Numbered from the stretch's first letter, positions 30,001-43,472 are shown. The stretch: 64,000 nucleotides of DNA from Gordius albopunctatus (GCA_964276515.1 OZ193910.1:7812001-7876000); one strand, 5' to 3'. The notes: generated by a model from the letters alone, not told the origin. Made by a program: numbers and translations.

Positions 30001-33000
30001 GATCAAAAAAATGTTTTTCAAGGAATTCACCTCTTATACCGAAAACTTTCATGAGAGCTATATGGTTGAACAAAAAAATTGAAAAAATTTTGAGGTCGAA
30101 AAAATTATTATTTTTCATATTCTTTCGAAAGGGAGATGAAAAAATCTTTAAAAGTTAGTAAATATTCTTAGCATTTTGTCCTTGTTAGAATCTTGATAGG
30201 AATTTATCCTTGGGGGGATGTTTGAGATTGAGAGAAATTAAAATTTTCGTGTTGCGTTTATATTGTTTCAATATCGCTTTATAAGCGTGTCTCTAGTTTT
30301 AGTGAAACAAGCTCTATGCGATCGTGATTTAGAGTTAATAATTTTTGATGACTGATCAAAAAAATGTTTTTCAAGGAATTCACCTCTTATACCGAAAACT
30401 TTCATGAGAGCTATATGGTTGAACAAAAAAATTGAAAAAATTTTGAGGTCGAAAAAATTATTATTTTTCATATTCTTTCGAAAGGGAGATGAAAAAATCT
30501 TTAAAAGTTAGTAAATATTCTTAGCATATTGTCCTCGTTAGAATCTTGATAGGAATTTATGCGTGGGGGGATGTTTGAGATTGAGAGAAATTAAAATTTT
30601 CGTGCTGCGTTTATATTGTTTCAATATCGCTTTATAAGCGTGTCTCTAGTTTTAGTGAAACAAGCTCGATGCGATCGTGATTTAGAGTTAATAATTTTTG
30701 ATGACTGATCAAAAAAATGTTTTTCAAGCAATTCACCTGTTATACCGAAAACTTTCATGAGAGCTATATGGTTGAACAAAAAAATTGAAAAAATTTTGAG
30801 GTCGAAAAAATTATTATTTTTCATATTCTTTCGAAAGGGAGATGAAAAAATCTTTAAAAGTTAGTAAATATTCTTAGCATTTTGTCCTTGTTAGAATCTT
30901 GATAGGAATATATGCGTGGGGGGATGTTTGAGATTGAGAGAAATTAAAATTTTCGTGCTGCGTTTAGTTTGTTTCAATATCGCTTTATAAGCGTGTCTCT
31001 AGTTTTAGTGAAACAAGCTCTATGCGATCGTGATTTACAGTTAATAATTTTTGATGACTGATCAAAAAAATGTTTTTCAAGGAATTCACCTCTTATACCG
31101 AAAACTTTCATGAGAGCTATATGGTTGAACAAAAAAATTGAAAAAATTTTGAGGTCGAAAAAATTATTATTTTTCATATTCTTTCGAAAGGGAGATGAAA
31201 AAATCTTTAAAAGTTAGTAAATATTCTTAGCATTTTGTCCTTGTTAGAATCTTGATAGGAATATATGCGTGGGGGGATGTTTGAGATTGAGAGAAATTAA
31301 AATTTTCGTGTTACGTTTATATTGTTTCAATATCGCTTTATAAGCGTGTCTCTAGTTTTAGTGAAACAAGCTCTATGCGATCGTGATTTAGAGTTAATAA
31401 TTTTTGATGACTGATCAAAAAAATGTTTTTCAAGGAATTCACCTCTTATACCGAAAACTTTCATGAGAGCTATATGGTTGAACAAAAAAATAGAAAAAAT
31501 TTTGAGGTCGAAAAAATTTTTATTTTTCATATTCTTTCGAAAGGGAGATGAAAAAATCTTTAAAAGTTAGTAAATATTCTTAGAATTTTGTCCTTGTTAG
31601 AATCTTGATAGGAATTTTTGCGTTGGCGATGTTTGAGATTGAGAGAAATTAAAATTTTCGTGTGGCGTTTAGATTGATTCAATATCGCTTTATAAGCGTG
31701 TCTCTAGTTTTAGTGAAACAAGCTCTATGCGATCGTGATTTACAGTTAATAATTTTTGATGACTGATCAAAAAAATGTTTTTCAAGGAATTCACCTCTTA
31801 TACCGAAAACTTTCATGAGAACTATATGGTTGAACAAAAAAATTGAAAAAATTTTGAGGTCGAAAAAAATATTATTTTTCATATTGTTTCGAAAAGGAGA
31901 TGAAAAAATCTTTAAAAGTTAGTAAATATTCTTAGCATTTTGTCCTTTCTTGATAGGAATTTTTGCGTGGGGGCTATTTGAGATTGAGAGAAATTAAAAT
32001 TTTCGCATTGCGTTTAGATTGATTCAATATCGCTTTATAAGCGTGTCTCTAGTTTTAGTGAAACAAGCTCTATGCGATCGTGATTTAGAGTTAATAATTT
32101 TTGATGACTGATCAAAAAAATGTTTTTCAAGGAATTCATCTCTTATACGGAAAACTTTCATGAGAGCTATATGGTTGAACAAAAAAAATTAAAACAATTT
32201 CGAGGTCGAAAAAAATATTATTTTTCATATTCTTTCGAAAGGGAGATGAAAAAATCTTTAAAAGTTATTAAATATTCTTAGCATTTTGTCCTTGTTAGAA
32301 TCTTGATAGGAATTTTTGCGTGGGGGGATGTTTTAGATTGAGAGAAATTAAAATTTAGGTGTTGCGTTTATATTGTTTCAATATCGCTTTATAAGCGTGT
32401 CTCTAGTTTTAGTGAAACAAGCTCTATGCGATCGTGATTTAGAGTTAATAATTTTTGATGACTGATCAAAAAAATGATTTTCAAGGAATTCACCTCTTAT
32501 ACCGAAAACTTTCATGAGAGCTATATGGTTGAACAAAAAAATTGAAAAAATTTTGAGGTCGAAAAAAATATTATTTTTCAAATTCTTTCGAAAGGGAGAT
32601 GAAAAAATCTTTAAAAATTAGTAAATATTCTTAGAATTTTGTCCTTGTTAGAATCTTGATAGGAATTTTTGCGTTGGCGATGTTTGAGATTGAGAGAAAT
32701 TAAAATTTTCGTGTGGCGTTTAGATTGATTCAATATCGCTTTATAAGCGTGTCTCTAGTTTTAGTGAAACAAGCTCTATGCGATCGTGATTTAGAGTTAA
32801 TAATTTTTGATGACTGATCAAAAAAATGTTTTTCAAGGAATTCATCTCTTATACGGAAAACTTTCATGAGAGCTATATGGTTAAACAAAAAAATTGAAAA
32901 AATTTTGAGGTCGAAAAAAATATTATTCTTCATATTCTTTCGAAAGGGAGATGAAAAAATCTTTAAAAGTTAGTAAATATTTTTAGCATTTTGTCCTTGT

Positions 33001-34074
33001 TAGAATCTTGATAGAAATTTATGCGTGGGGGGATGTTTTAGATTGAGAGAAATTAAAATTTAGGTGTTGCGTTTATATTGTTTCAATATCGCTTTATAAA
33101 CGTGTCTCTAGTTTTAGTGAAACAAGCTCTATGCGATCGTGATTTAGGGTTAATAATTTTTGATGACTGATCAAAAAAATGTTTTTCAAGGAATTCACCT
33201 CTTATACCGAAAACTTTCATGAGAGCTATATGGTTGAACAAAAAAATTGAAAAAATTTTGAGGTCGAAAAAAATATTATTTTTCATATTCTTTCGAAAGG
33301 GAGATGAAAAAATCTTTAAAAGTTAGTAAATATTCTTAGTATTTTGTCCTTGTTAGAATCTTGATAGAAATTTATGCGTGGGGGGATGTTTTAGATTGAG
33401 AGAAATTAAAATTTATGTGTTGCGTTTATATTGTTTCAATATCGCTTTATAAGCGTGTCTCTAGTTTTAGTGAAACAAGCTCTATGCGATCGTGATTTAG
33501 GGTTAATAATTTTTGATGACTGATCAAAAAAATGTTTTTCAAGGAATTCACCTCTTATACCGAAAACTTTCATGAGAGCTATATGGTTGAACAAAAAAAT
33601 TGAAAAAATTTTGAGGTCGAAAAAAATATTATTTTTCAAATTCTTTCGAAAGGGAGATGAAAAAATCTTTAAAAGTTAGTAAATATTCTAAATATTTTGT
33701 CCTTGTTAGAATCTTGATAGGAATTTTTGCGTTGGCGATGTTTGAGATTGAGAGAAATTAAAATTTTCGTGTGGCGTTTAGATTGATTCAATATCGCTTT
33801 ATAAGCGTGTCTCTAGTTTTAGTGAAACAAGCTCTATGCGATCGTGATTTACAGTTAATAATTTTTGATGACTGATCAAAAAAATGTTTTTCAAGGAATT
33901 CACCTCTTATACCGAAAACTTTCATGAGAACTATATGGTTGAACAAAAAAATTGAAAAAATTTTGAGGTCGAAAAAAATATTATTTTTCATATTGTTTCG
34001 AAAAGGAGATGAAAAAATCTTTAAAAGTTAGTAAATATTCTTAGCATTTTGTCCTTTCTTGATAGGAATTTTTG
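1..34074. repeat. Tandem satellite array, ~353-bp monomer (segment 1)
   Basis: The motif CAATATCGCTTTATAAGCGTGTCTCTAG recurs every 351-354 bp (ORF-track starts 293, 645, 998, 1351...), with 345-bp variants near the right end. All copies are in the same orientation with no unique spacers. Confidence 0.99.
11600..25900. repeat. Higher-order repeat domain, ~5,994-bp 17-mer made of 8-mer + 9-mer sub-blocks (boundaries approximate)
   Basis: The private variant GGGAG[T]TGAAAA occurs at 13213, 16035, 19207, 22029 and 25201, and CATTT[A]GTCC at 12901, 15723, 18895, 21717 and 24889. Both show spacings of 2822, 3172, 2822, 3172. Confidence 0.88.
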
Positions 34075-34274
34075 NNNNNNNNNNNNNNNNNNNNNNNNNN
34101 NNNNNNNNNNNNNNNNNNNNNNNNNNNNNNNNNNNNNNNNNNNNNNNNNNNNNNNNNNNNNNNNNNNNNNNNNNNNNNNNNNNNNNNNNNNNNNNNNNNN
34201 NNNNNNNNNNNNNNNNNNNNNNNNNNNNNNNNNNNNNNNNNNNNNNNNNNNNNNNNNNNNNNNNNNNNNNNNNN
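34075..34274. other. Assembly gap (200 N)
   Basis: Run of exactly 200 N. Confidence 1.
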
Positions 34275-37200
34275 AGCTATATGGTTGAACAAAAAAATAG
34301 AAAAAATTTTGAGGTCGAAAAAATATTATTTTTTTCATATTTTTTCGAAAGGGAGATGAAAAAATCTTTAAAAGTTAGTAAATATTCTTAGCATTTTGTC
34401 CTTGTTAGAATCTTGATAGGAATTTATCCTTGGGGGGATGTTTGAGATTGAGAGAAATTAAAATTTTCGTGTTGCGTTTATATTGTTTCAATATCGCTTT
34501 ATAAACGTGTCTCTAGTTTTAGTGAAACAAGCTCTATGCGATCGTGATTTAGAGTTAATAATTTTTGATGACTGATCAAAAAAATGTTTTTCAAGGAATT
34601 CACCTCTTATACCGAAAACTTTCATGAGAGCTATATGGTTGAACAAAAAAATTGAAAAAATTTTGAGGTCGAAAAAATTATTATTTTTCATATTCTTTCG
34701 AAAGGGAGATGAAAAAATCTTTAAAAGTTAGTAAATATTCTTAGCATATTGTCCTCGTTAGAATCTTGATAGGAATTTATGCGTGGGGGGATGTTTTAGA
34801 TTGAGAGAAATTAAAATTTTCGTGCTGCGTTTAGTTTGTTTCAATATCGCTTTATAAGCGTGTCTCTAGTTTTAGTGAAACAAGCTCTATGCGATCGTGA
34901 TTTACAGTTAATAATTTTTGATGACTGATCAAAAAAATGTTTTTCAAGGAATTCACCTCTTATACCGAAAACTTTCATGAGAGCTATATGGTTGAACAAA
35001 AAAATTGAAAAAATTTTGAGGTCGAAAAAAATATTGTTTTTCAAATTCTTTCGAAAGGGAGATGAAAAAATCTTTAAAAGTTAGTAAATATTCTTAGAAT
35101 TTTGTCCTTGTTAGAATCTTGATAGGAATTTTTGCGTTGGCGATGTTTGAGATTGAGAGAAAATAAAATTTTCGTGCTGCGTTTAGTTTGTTTCAATATC
35201 GCTTTATAAGCGTGTCTCTAGTTTTAGTGAAACAAGCTCTATGCGATCGTGATTTACAGTTAATAATTTTTGATGACTGATCAAAAAAATGTTTTTCAAG
35301 GAATTCACCTCTTATACCGAAAACTTTCATGAGAGCTATATGGTTGAACAAAAAAATTGAAAAAATTTTGAGGTCGAAAAAATTATTATTTTTCATATTC
35401 TTTCGAAAGGGAGATGAAAAAATCTTTAAAAGTTAGTAAATATTCTTAGCATTTTGTCCTTGTTAGAATCTTAAGGAATATATGCGTGGGGGGATGTTTG
35501 AGATTGAGAGAAATTAAAATTTTCGTGTTACGTTTATATTGTTTCAATATCGCTTTATAAGCGTGTCTCTAGTTTTAGTGAAACAAGCTCTATGCGATCG
35601 TGATTTAGAGTTAATAATTTTTGATGACTGATCAAAAAAATGTTTTTCAAGGAATTCACCTCTTATACCGAAAACTTTCATGAGAGCTATATGGTTGAAC
35701 AAAAAAATTGAAAAAATTTTGAGGTCGAAAAAATTATTATTTTTCATATTCTTTCGAAAGGGAGATGAAAAAATCTTTAAAAGTTAGTAAATATTCTTAG
35801 CATTTTGTCCTTGTTAGAATCTTGATAGGAATTTATCCTTGGGGGGATGTTTGAGATTGAGAGAAATTAAAATTTTCGTGTTGCGTTTATATTGTTTCAA
35901 TATCGCTTTATAAGCGTGTCTCTAGTTTTAGTGAAACAAGCTCTATGCGATCGTGATTTAGAGTTAATAATTTTTGATGACTGATCAAAAAAATGTTTTT
36001 CAAGGAATTCACCTCTTATACCGAAAACTTTCATGAGAGCTATATGGTTGAACAAAAAAATTGAAAAAATTTTGAGGTCGAAAAAATTATTATTTTTCAT
36101 ATTCTTTCGAAAGGGAGATGAAAAAATCTTTAAAAGTTAGTAAATATTCTTAGCATTTTGTCCTCGTTAGAATCTTGATATGAATTTATGCGTGGGGGGA
36201 TGTTTGAGATTGAGAGAAATTAAAATTTTCGTGCTGCGTTTAGTTTGTTTCAATAACAAGCTCTATGCGATCGTGATTTACAGTTAATAATTTTTGATGA
36301 CTGATCAAAAAAATGTTTTTCAAGGAATTCACCTCTTATACCGAAAACTTTCATGAGAGCTATATGGTTGAACAAAAAAATTGAAAAAATTTTGAGGTCG
36401 AAAAAATTATTATTTTTCATATTCTTTCGAAAGGGAGATGAAAAAATCTTTAAAAGTTAGTAAATATTCTTAGCATTTTGTCCTTGTTAGAATCTTGATA
36501 GGAATATATGCGTGGGGGGATGTTTGAGATTGAGAGAAATTAAAATTTTCGTGCTGCGTTTAGTTTGTTTCAATATCGCTTTATAAGCGTGTCTCTAGTT
36601 TTAGTGAAACAAGCTCTATGCGATCGTGATTTACAGTTAATAATTTTTGATGACTGATCAAAAAAATGTTTTTCAAGGAATTCACCTCTTATACCGAAAA
36701 CTTTCATGAGAGCTATATGGTTGAACAAAAAAATTGAAAAAATTTTGAGGTCGAAAAAATTATTATTTTTCATATTCTTTCGAAAGGGAGATGAAAAAAT
36801 CTTTAAAAGTTAGTAAATATTCTTAGCATTTTGTCCTTGTTAGAATCTTGATAGGAATATATGCGTGGGGGGATGTTTGAGATTGAGAGAAATTAAAATT
36901 TTCGTGTTACGTTTATATTGTTTCAATATCGCTTTATAAGCGTGTCTCTAGTTTTAGTGAAACAAGCTCTATGCGATCGTGATTTAGAGTTAATAATTTT
37001 TGATGACTGATCAAAAAAATGTTTTTCAAGGAATTCACCTCTTATACCGAAAACTTTCATGAGAGCTATATGGTTGAACAAAAAAATTGAAAAAATTTTG
37101 AGGTCGAAAAAATTATTATTTTTCATATTCTTTCGAAAGGGAGATGAAAAAATCTTTAAAAGTTAGTAAATATTTTTAGCATATTGTCCTCGTTAGAATC

Positions 37201-40200
37201 TTGATAGGAATTTATGCGTGGGGGGATGTTTGAGATTGAGAGAAATTAAAATTTTCGTGCTGCGTTTAGTTTGTTTCAATATCGCTTTATACGCGTGTCT
37301 CTAGTTTTAGTGAAACAAGCTCTATGCGATCGTGATTTACAGTTTATAATTTTTGATGACTGATCAAAAAAATGTTTTTCAATGAATTCACCTCTTATAC
37401 CGAAAACTTTCATGAGAGCTATATGGTTGAACAAAAAAATTGAAAAAATTTTGAGGTCGAAAAAAATATTATTTTTCAAATTCTTTCGAAAGGGAGATGA
37501 AAAAATCTTTAAAAGTTAGTAAATATTCTTAGCATTTTGTCCTTGTTAGAATCTTGACAGAAATTTAGGCGTGGGGGGATGTTTTAGATTGAGAGAAATT
37601 AAAATTTAGGTGTTGCGTTTATATTGTTTCAATATCGCTTTATAAGCGTGTCTCTAGTTTTAGTTAAACAAGCTCTATGCGATCGTGATTTAGAGTTAAT
37701 AATTTTTGATGACTGATCAAAAAAATGTTTTTCAATGAATTCACCTCTTATACCGAAAACTTTCATGAGAGCTATATGGTTGAACAAAAAAATTGAAAAA
37801 ATTTTGAGGTCGAAAAAATTATTATTTTTCATATTCTTTCGAAAGGGAGATGAAAAAATCTTTAAAAGTTAGTAAATATTCTTAGCATTTTGTCCTTGTT
37901 AGAATCTTGATAGGAATTTATCCTTGGGGGGATGTTTGAGATTGAGAGAAATTAAAATTTTCGTGTTGCGTTTATATTGTTTCAATATCGCTTTATAAGC
38001 GTGTCTCTAGTTTTAGTGAAACAAGCTCTATGCGATCGTGATTTAGAGTTAATAATTTTTGATGACTGATCAAAAAAATGTTTTTCAAGGAATTCACCTC
38101 TTATACCGAAAACTTTCATGAGAGCTATATGGTTGAACAAAAAAATTGAAAAAATTTTGAGGTCGAAAAAATTATTATTTTTCATATTCTTTCGAAAGGG
38201 AGATGAAAAAATCTTTAAAAGTTAGTAAATATTCTTAGCATATTGTCCTCGTTAGAATCTTGATAGGAATTTATGCGTGGGGGGATGTTTTAGATTGAGA
38301 GAAATTAAAATTTTCGTGCTGCGTTTAGTTTGTTTCAATATCGCTTTATAAGCGTGTCTCTAGTTTTAGTGAAACAAGCTCTATGCGATCGTGATTTACA
38401 GTTAATAATTTTTGATGACTGATCAAAAAAATGTTTTTCAATGAATTCACCTCTTATACCGAAAACTTTCATGAGAGCTATATGGTTGAACAAAAAAATT
38501 GAAAAAATTTTGAGGTCGAAAAAAATATTATTTTTCATATTCTTTCGAAAGGGAGATGAAAAAATCTTTAAAAGTTAGTAAATATTCTTAGCATTTTGTC
38601 CTTGTTAGAATCTTGACAGAAATTTAGGCGTGGGGGGATGTTTGAGATTGAGAGAAATTAAAATTTTCGTGCTGCGTTTAGTTTGTTTCAATATCGCTTT
38701 ATAAGCGTGTCTCTAGTTTTAGTGAAACAAGCTCTATGCGATCGTGATTTAGAGTTAATAATTTTTGATGACTGATCAAAAAAATGTTTTTCAAGGAATT
38801 CACCTCTTATACCGAAAACTTTCATGAGAGCTATATGGTTGAACAAAAAAATTGAAAAAATTTTGAGGTCGAAAAAAATATTATTTTTCATATTCTTTCG
38901 AAAGGGAGATGAAAAAATCTTTAAAAGTTAGTAAATATTCTTAGCATTTTGTCCTTGTTAGAATCTTGACAGAAATTTAGGCGTGGGGGGATGTTTGAGA
39001 TTGAGAGAAATTAAAATTTAGGTGTTGCGTTTATATTGTTTCAATATCGCTTTATACGCGTGTCTCTAGTTTTAGTGAAACAAGCTCTATGCGATCGTGA
39101 TTTACAGTTAATAATTTTTGATGACTGATCAAAAAAATGTTTTTCAATGAATTCACCTCTTATACCGAAAACTTTCATGAGAGCTATATGGTTGAACAAA
39201 AAAATTGAAAAAATTTTGAGGTCGAAAAAATTATTATTTTTCATATTCTTTCGAAAGGGAGATGAAAAAATCTTTAAAAGTTAGTAAATATTCTTAGCAT
39301 TTTGTCCTTGTTAGAATCTTGATAGGAATATATGCGTGGGGGGATGTTTGAGATTGAGAGAAATTAAAATTTTCGTGTTACGTTTATATTGTTTCAATAT
39401 CGCTTTATAAGCGTGTCTCTAGTTTTAGTGAAACAAGCTCTATGCGATCGTGATTTAGAGTTAATAATTTTTGATGACTGATCAAAAAAATGTTTTTCAA
39501 GGAATTCACCTCTTATACCGAAAACTTTCATGAGAGCTATATGGTTGAACAAAAAAATTGAAAAAATTTTGAGGTCGAAAAAATTATTATTTTTCATATT
39601 CTTTCGAAAGGGAGATGAAAAAATCTTTAAAAGTTAGTAAATATTTTTAGCATATTGTCCTCGTTAGAATCTTGATAGGAATTTATGCGTGGGGGGATGT
39701 TTGAGATTGAGAGAAATTAAAATTTTCGTGCTGCGTTTAGTTTGTTTCAATATCGCTTTATACGCGTGTCTCTAGTTTTAGTGAAACAAGCTCTATGCGA
39801 TCGTGATTTACAGTTAATAATTTTTGATGACTGATCAAAAAAATGTTTTTCAATGAATTCACCTCTTATACCGAAAACTTTCATGAGAGCTATATGGTTG
39901 AACAAAAAAATTGAAAAAATTTTGAGGTCGAAAAAAATATTATTTTTCAAATTCTTTCGAAAGGGAGATGAAAAAATCTTTAAAAGTTAGTAAATATTCT
40001 TAGCATTTTGTCCTTGTTAGAATCTTGACAGAAATTTAGGCGTGGGGGGATGTTTTAGATTGAAAGAAATTAAAATTTAGGTGTTGCGTTTATATTGTTT
40101 CAATATCGCTTTATAAGCGTGTCTCTAGTTTTAGTGAAACAAGCTCTATGCGATCGTGATTTAGAGTTAATAATTTTTGATGACTGATCAAAAAAATGTT

Positions 40201-43200
40201 TTTCAATGAATTCACCTCTTATACCGAAAACTTTCATGAGAGCTATATGGTTGAACAAAAAAATTGAAAAAATTTTGAGGTCGAAAAAATTATTATTTTT
40301 CATATTCTTTCGAAAGGGAGATGAAAAAATCTTTAAAAGTTAGTAAATATTCTTAGCATTTTGTCCTTGTTAGAATCTTGATAGGAATTTATCCTTGGGG
40401 GGATGTTTGAGATTGAGAGAAATTAAAATTTTCGTGTTGCGTTTATATTGTTTCAATATCGCTTTATAAGCGTGTCTCTAGTTTTAGTGAAACAAGCTCT
40501 ATGCGATCGTGATTTAGAGTTAATAATTTTTGATGACTGATCAAAAAAATGTTTTTCAAGGAATTCACCTCTTATACCGAAAACTTTCATGAGAGCTATA
40601 TGGTTGAACAAAAAAATTGAAAAAATTTTGAGGTCGAAAAAATTATTATTTTTCATATTCTTTCGAAAGGGAGATGAAAAAATCTTTAAAAGTTAGTAAA
40701 TATTCTTAGCATATTGTCCTCGTTAGAATCTTGATAGGAATTTATGCGTGGGGGGATGTTTTAGATTGAGAGAAATTAAAATTTTCGTGCTGCGTTTAGT
40801 TTGTTTCAATATCGCTTTATAAGCGTGTCTCTAGTTTTAGTGAAACAAGCTCTATGCGATCGTGATTTACAGTTAATAATTTTTGATGACTGATCAAAAA
40901 AATGTTTTTCAATGAATTCACCTCTTATACCGAAAACTTTCATGAGAGCTATATGGTTGAACAAAAAAATTGAAAAAATTTTGAGGTCGAAAAAAATATT
41001 ATTTTTCATATTCTTTCGAAAGGGAGATGAAAAAATCTTTAAAAGTTAGTAAATATTCTTAGCATTTTGTCCTTGTTAGAATCTTGACAGAAATTTAGGC
41101 GTGGGGGGATGTTTGAGATTGAGAGAAATTAAAATTTTCGTGCTGCGTTTAGTTTGTTTCAATATCGCTTTATAAGCGTGTCTCTAGTTTTAGTGAAACA
41201 AGCTCTATGCGATCGTGATTTAGAGTTAATAATTTTTGATGACTGATCAAAAAAATGTTTTTCAAGGAATTCACCTCTTATACCGAAAACTTTCATGAGA
41301 GCTATATGGTTGAACAAAAAAATTGAAAAAATTTTGAGGTCGAAAAAATTATTATTTTTCATATTCTTTCGAAAGGGAGATGAAAAAATCTTTAAAAGTT
41401 AGTAAATATTCTTAGCATATTGTCCTCGTTAGAATCTTGATAGGAATTTATGCGTGGGGGGATGTTTTAGATTGAGAGAAATTAAAATTTTCGTGCTGCG
41501 TTTAGTTTGTTTCAATATCGCTTTATAAGCGTGTCTCTAGTTTTAGTGAAACAAGCTCTATGCGATCGTGATTTACAGTTAATAATTTTTGATGACTGAT
41601 CAAAAAAATGTTTTTCAAGGAATTCACCTCTTATACCGAAAACTTTCATGAGAGCTATATGGTTGAACAAAAAAATTGAAAAAATTTTGAGGTCGAAAAA
41701 AATATTGTTTTTCAAATTCTTTCGAAAGGGAGATGAAAAAATCTTTAAAAGTTAGTAAATATTCTTAGAATTTTGTCCTTGTTAGAATCTTGATAGGAAT
41801 TTTTGCGTTGGCGATGTTTGAGATTGAGAGAAAATAAAATTTTCGTGCTGCGTTTAGTTTGTTTCAATATCGCTTTATAAGCGTGTCTCTAGTTTTAGTG
41901 AAACAAGCTCTATGCGATCGTGATTTACAGTTAATAATTTTTGATGACTGATCAAAAAAATGTTTTTCAAGGAATTCACCTCTTATACCGAAAACTTTCA
42001 TGAGAGCTATATGGTTGAACAAAAAAATTGAAAAAATTTTGAGGTCGAAAAAATTATTATTTTTCATATTCTTTCGAAAGGGAGATGAAAAAATCTTTAA
42101 AAGTTAGTAAATATTCTTAGAATTTTGTCCTTGTTAGAATCTTGATAGGAATATATGCGTGGGGGGATGTTTGAGATTGAGAGAAATTAAAATTTTCGTG
42201 TTGCGTTTATATTGTTTCAATATCGCTTTATAAGCGTGTCTCTAGTTTTAGTGAAACAAGCTCTATGCGATCGTGATTTAGAGATAATAATTTTTGACGA
42301 CTGATCAAAAAAATGTTTTTAAAGGAATTACCTCTTATACCGAAAACTTTCATGAGAGCTATATGGTTGAACAAAAAAATAGAAAAAATTTTGAGGTCGA
42401 AAAAATTATTATTTTTCATATTCTTTCGAAAGGGAGATGAAAAAATCTTTAAAAGTTAGTAAATATTCTTAGCATTTTGTCCTTGTTAGAATCTTGAAAG
42501 GAATTTATGCGTGGGGGGATGTTTTAGATTGAGAGAAATTAAAATTTAGGTGTTGCGTTTATATTGTTTCAATATCGCTTTATAAGCGTGTCTCTAGTTT
42601 TAGTGAAACAAGCTCTATGCGATCGTGATTTAGAGTTAATAATTTTTGATGACTGATCAAAAAAATGTTTTTCAAGGAATTCACCTCTTATACCGAAAAC
42701 TTTCATGAGAGCTATATGGTTGAACAAAAAAATTGAAAAAATTTTGAGGTCGAAAAAATTATTATTTTTCATATTCTTTCGAAAGGGAGATGAAAAAATC
42801 TTTAAAAGTTAGTAAATATTCTTAGCATATTGTCCTCGTTAGAATCTTGATAGGAATTTATGCGTGGGGGGATGTTTGAGATTGAGAGAAATTAAAATTT
42901 TCGTGCTGCGTTTATATTGTTTCAATATCGCTTTATAAGCGTGTCTCTAGTTTTAGTGAAACAAGCTCGATGCGATCGTGATTTAGAGTTAATAATTTTT
43001 GATGACTGATCAAAAAAATGTTTTTCAAGCAATTCACCTGTTATACCGAAAACTTTCATGAGAGCTATATGGTTGAACAAAAAAATTGAAAAAATTTTGA
43101 GGTCGAAAAAAATATTATTTTTCAAATTCTTTCGAAAGGATGATGAAAAAATCTTTAAAAGTTAGTAAATATTCTTAGCATTTTGTCCTTGTTAGAATAT

Positions 43201-43287
43201 TGATAGAAATTTATGCGTGGGGGGATGTTTTAGATTGAGAGAAATTAAAATTTAGGTGTTGCGTTTATATTGTTTCAATATCGCTTT
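34275..43287. repeat. Tandem satellite array, ~353-bp monomer (segment 2, up to the transposon)
   Basis: Same monomer and orientation as segment 1. Includes one 320-bp deleted monomer at ~36250. Confidence 0.99.
43280..43287 (+). repeat. Left target-site duplication ATCGCTTT (8 bp)
   Basis: An identical 8-mer sits at 46169-46176, and the uninterrupted monomer has it once (CAAT-ATCGCTTT-ATAAGCG). An 8-bp TSD is typical of hAT elements. Confidence 0.97.
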
Positions 43288-43296
43288 TAGAGATGG
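43288..43296 (+). repeat. Left terminal inverted repeat TAGAGATGG
   Basis: Perfect reverse complement of 46160-46168. Fits the hAT terminal pattern (T/C)A(A/G)NG and resembles the maize Ac end TAGGGATG. Confidence 0.95.
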
Positions 43297-43300
43297 GTAA

Positions 43301-43390
43301 TTTCCCGGGAATTTTCATCGAGGGAATATTCCCAGGGAAAATAGGGAATTTTGGGGAAATAACGGGAATTTTGGGGAATTCATGGGGAAA
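43301..43390. repeat. Left subterminal GGGAA/TTCCC repeat cluster (probable transposase-binding sites)
   Basis: GGGAA at 43307, 43322, 43335, 43344, 43354, 43364, 43374 and 43385, plus the palindrome GGGAATATTCCC at 43322-43333. Function is inferred from known hAT subterminal repeats. Confidence 0.85.
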
Positions 43391-43466
43391 ATAAATACTT
43401 TGATTGTTAATATATAGTCTTAGATGAAAAAAAGATGCTAGGGTGTAAAATGAAATGCTAATAAAG

Positions 43467-43472
43467 TTTATT
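43467..43472 (-). promoter_or_regulatory. Candidate polyadenylation signal AATAAA for the transposase
   Basis: TTTATT on the + strand, ~50 bp downstream of the transposase stop at 43522. The AT-rich context makes a chance match possible. Confidence 0.45.

Noticed and set aside
34021..34391. ORFs containing X runs (also 54216-54506)
   Set aside because: Artefacts of translating through N gaps.
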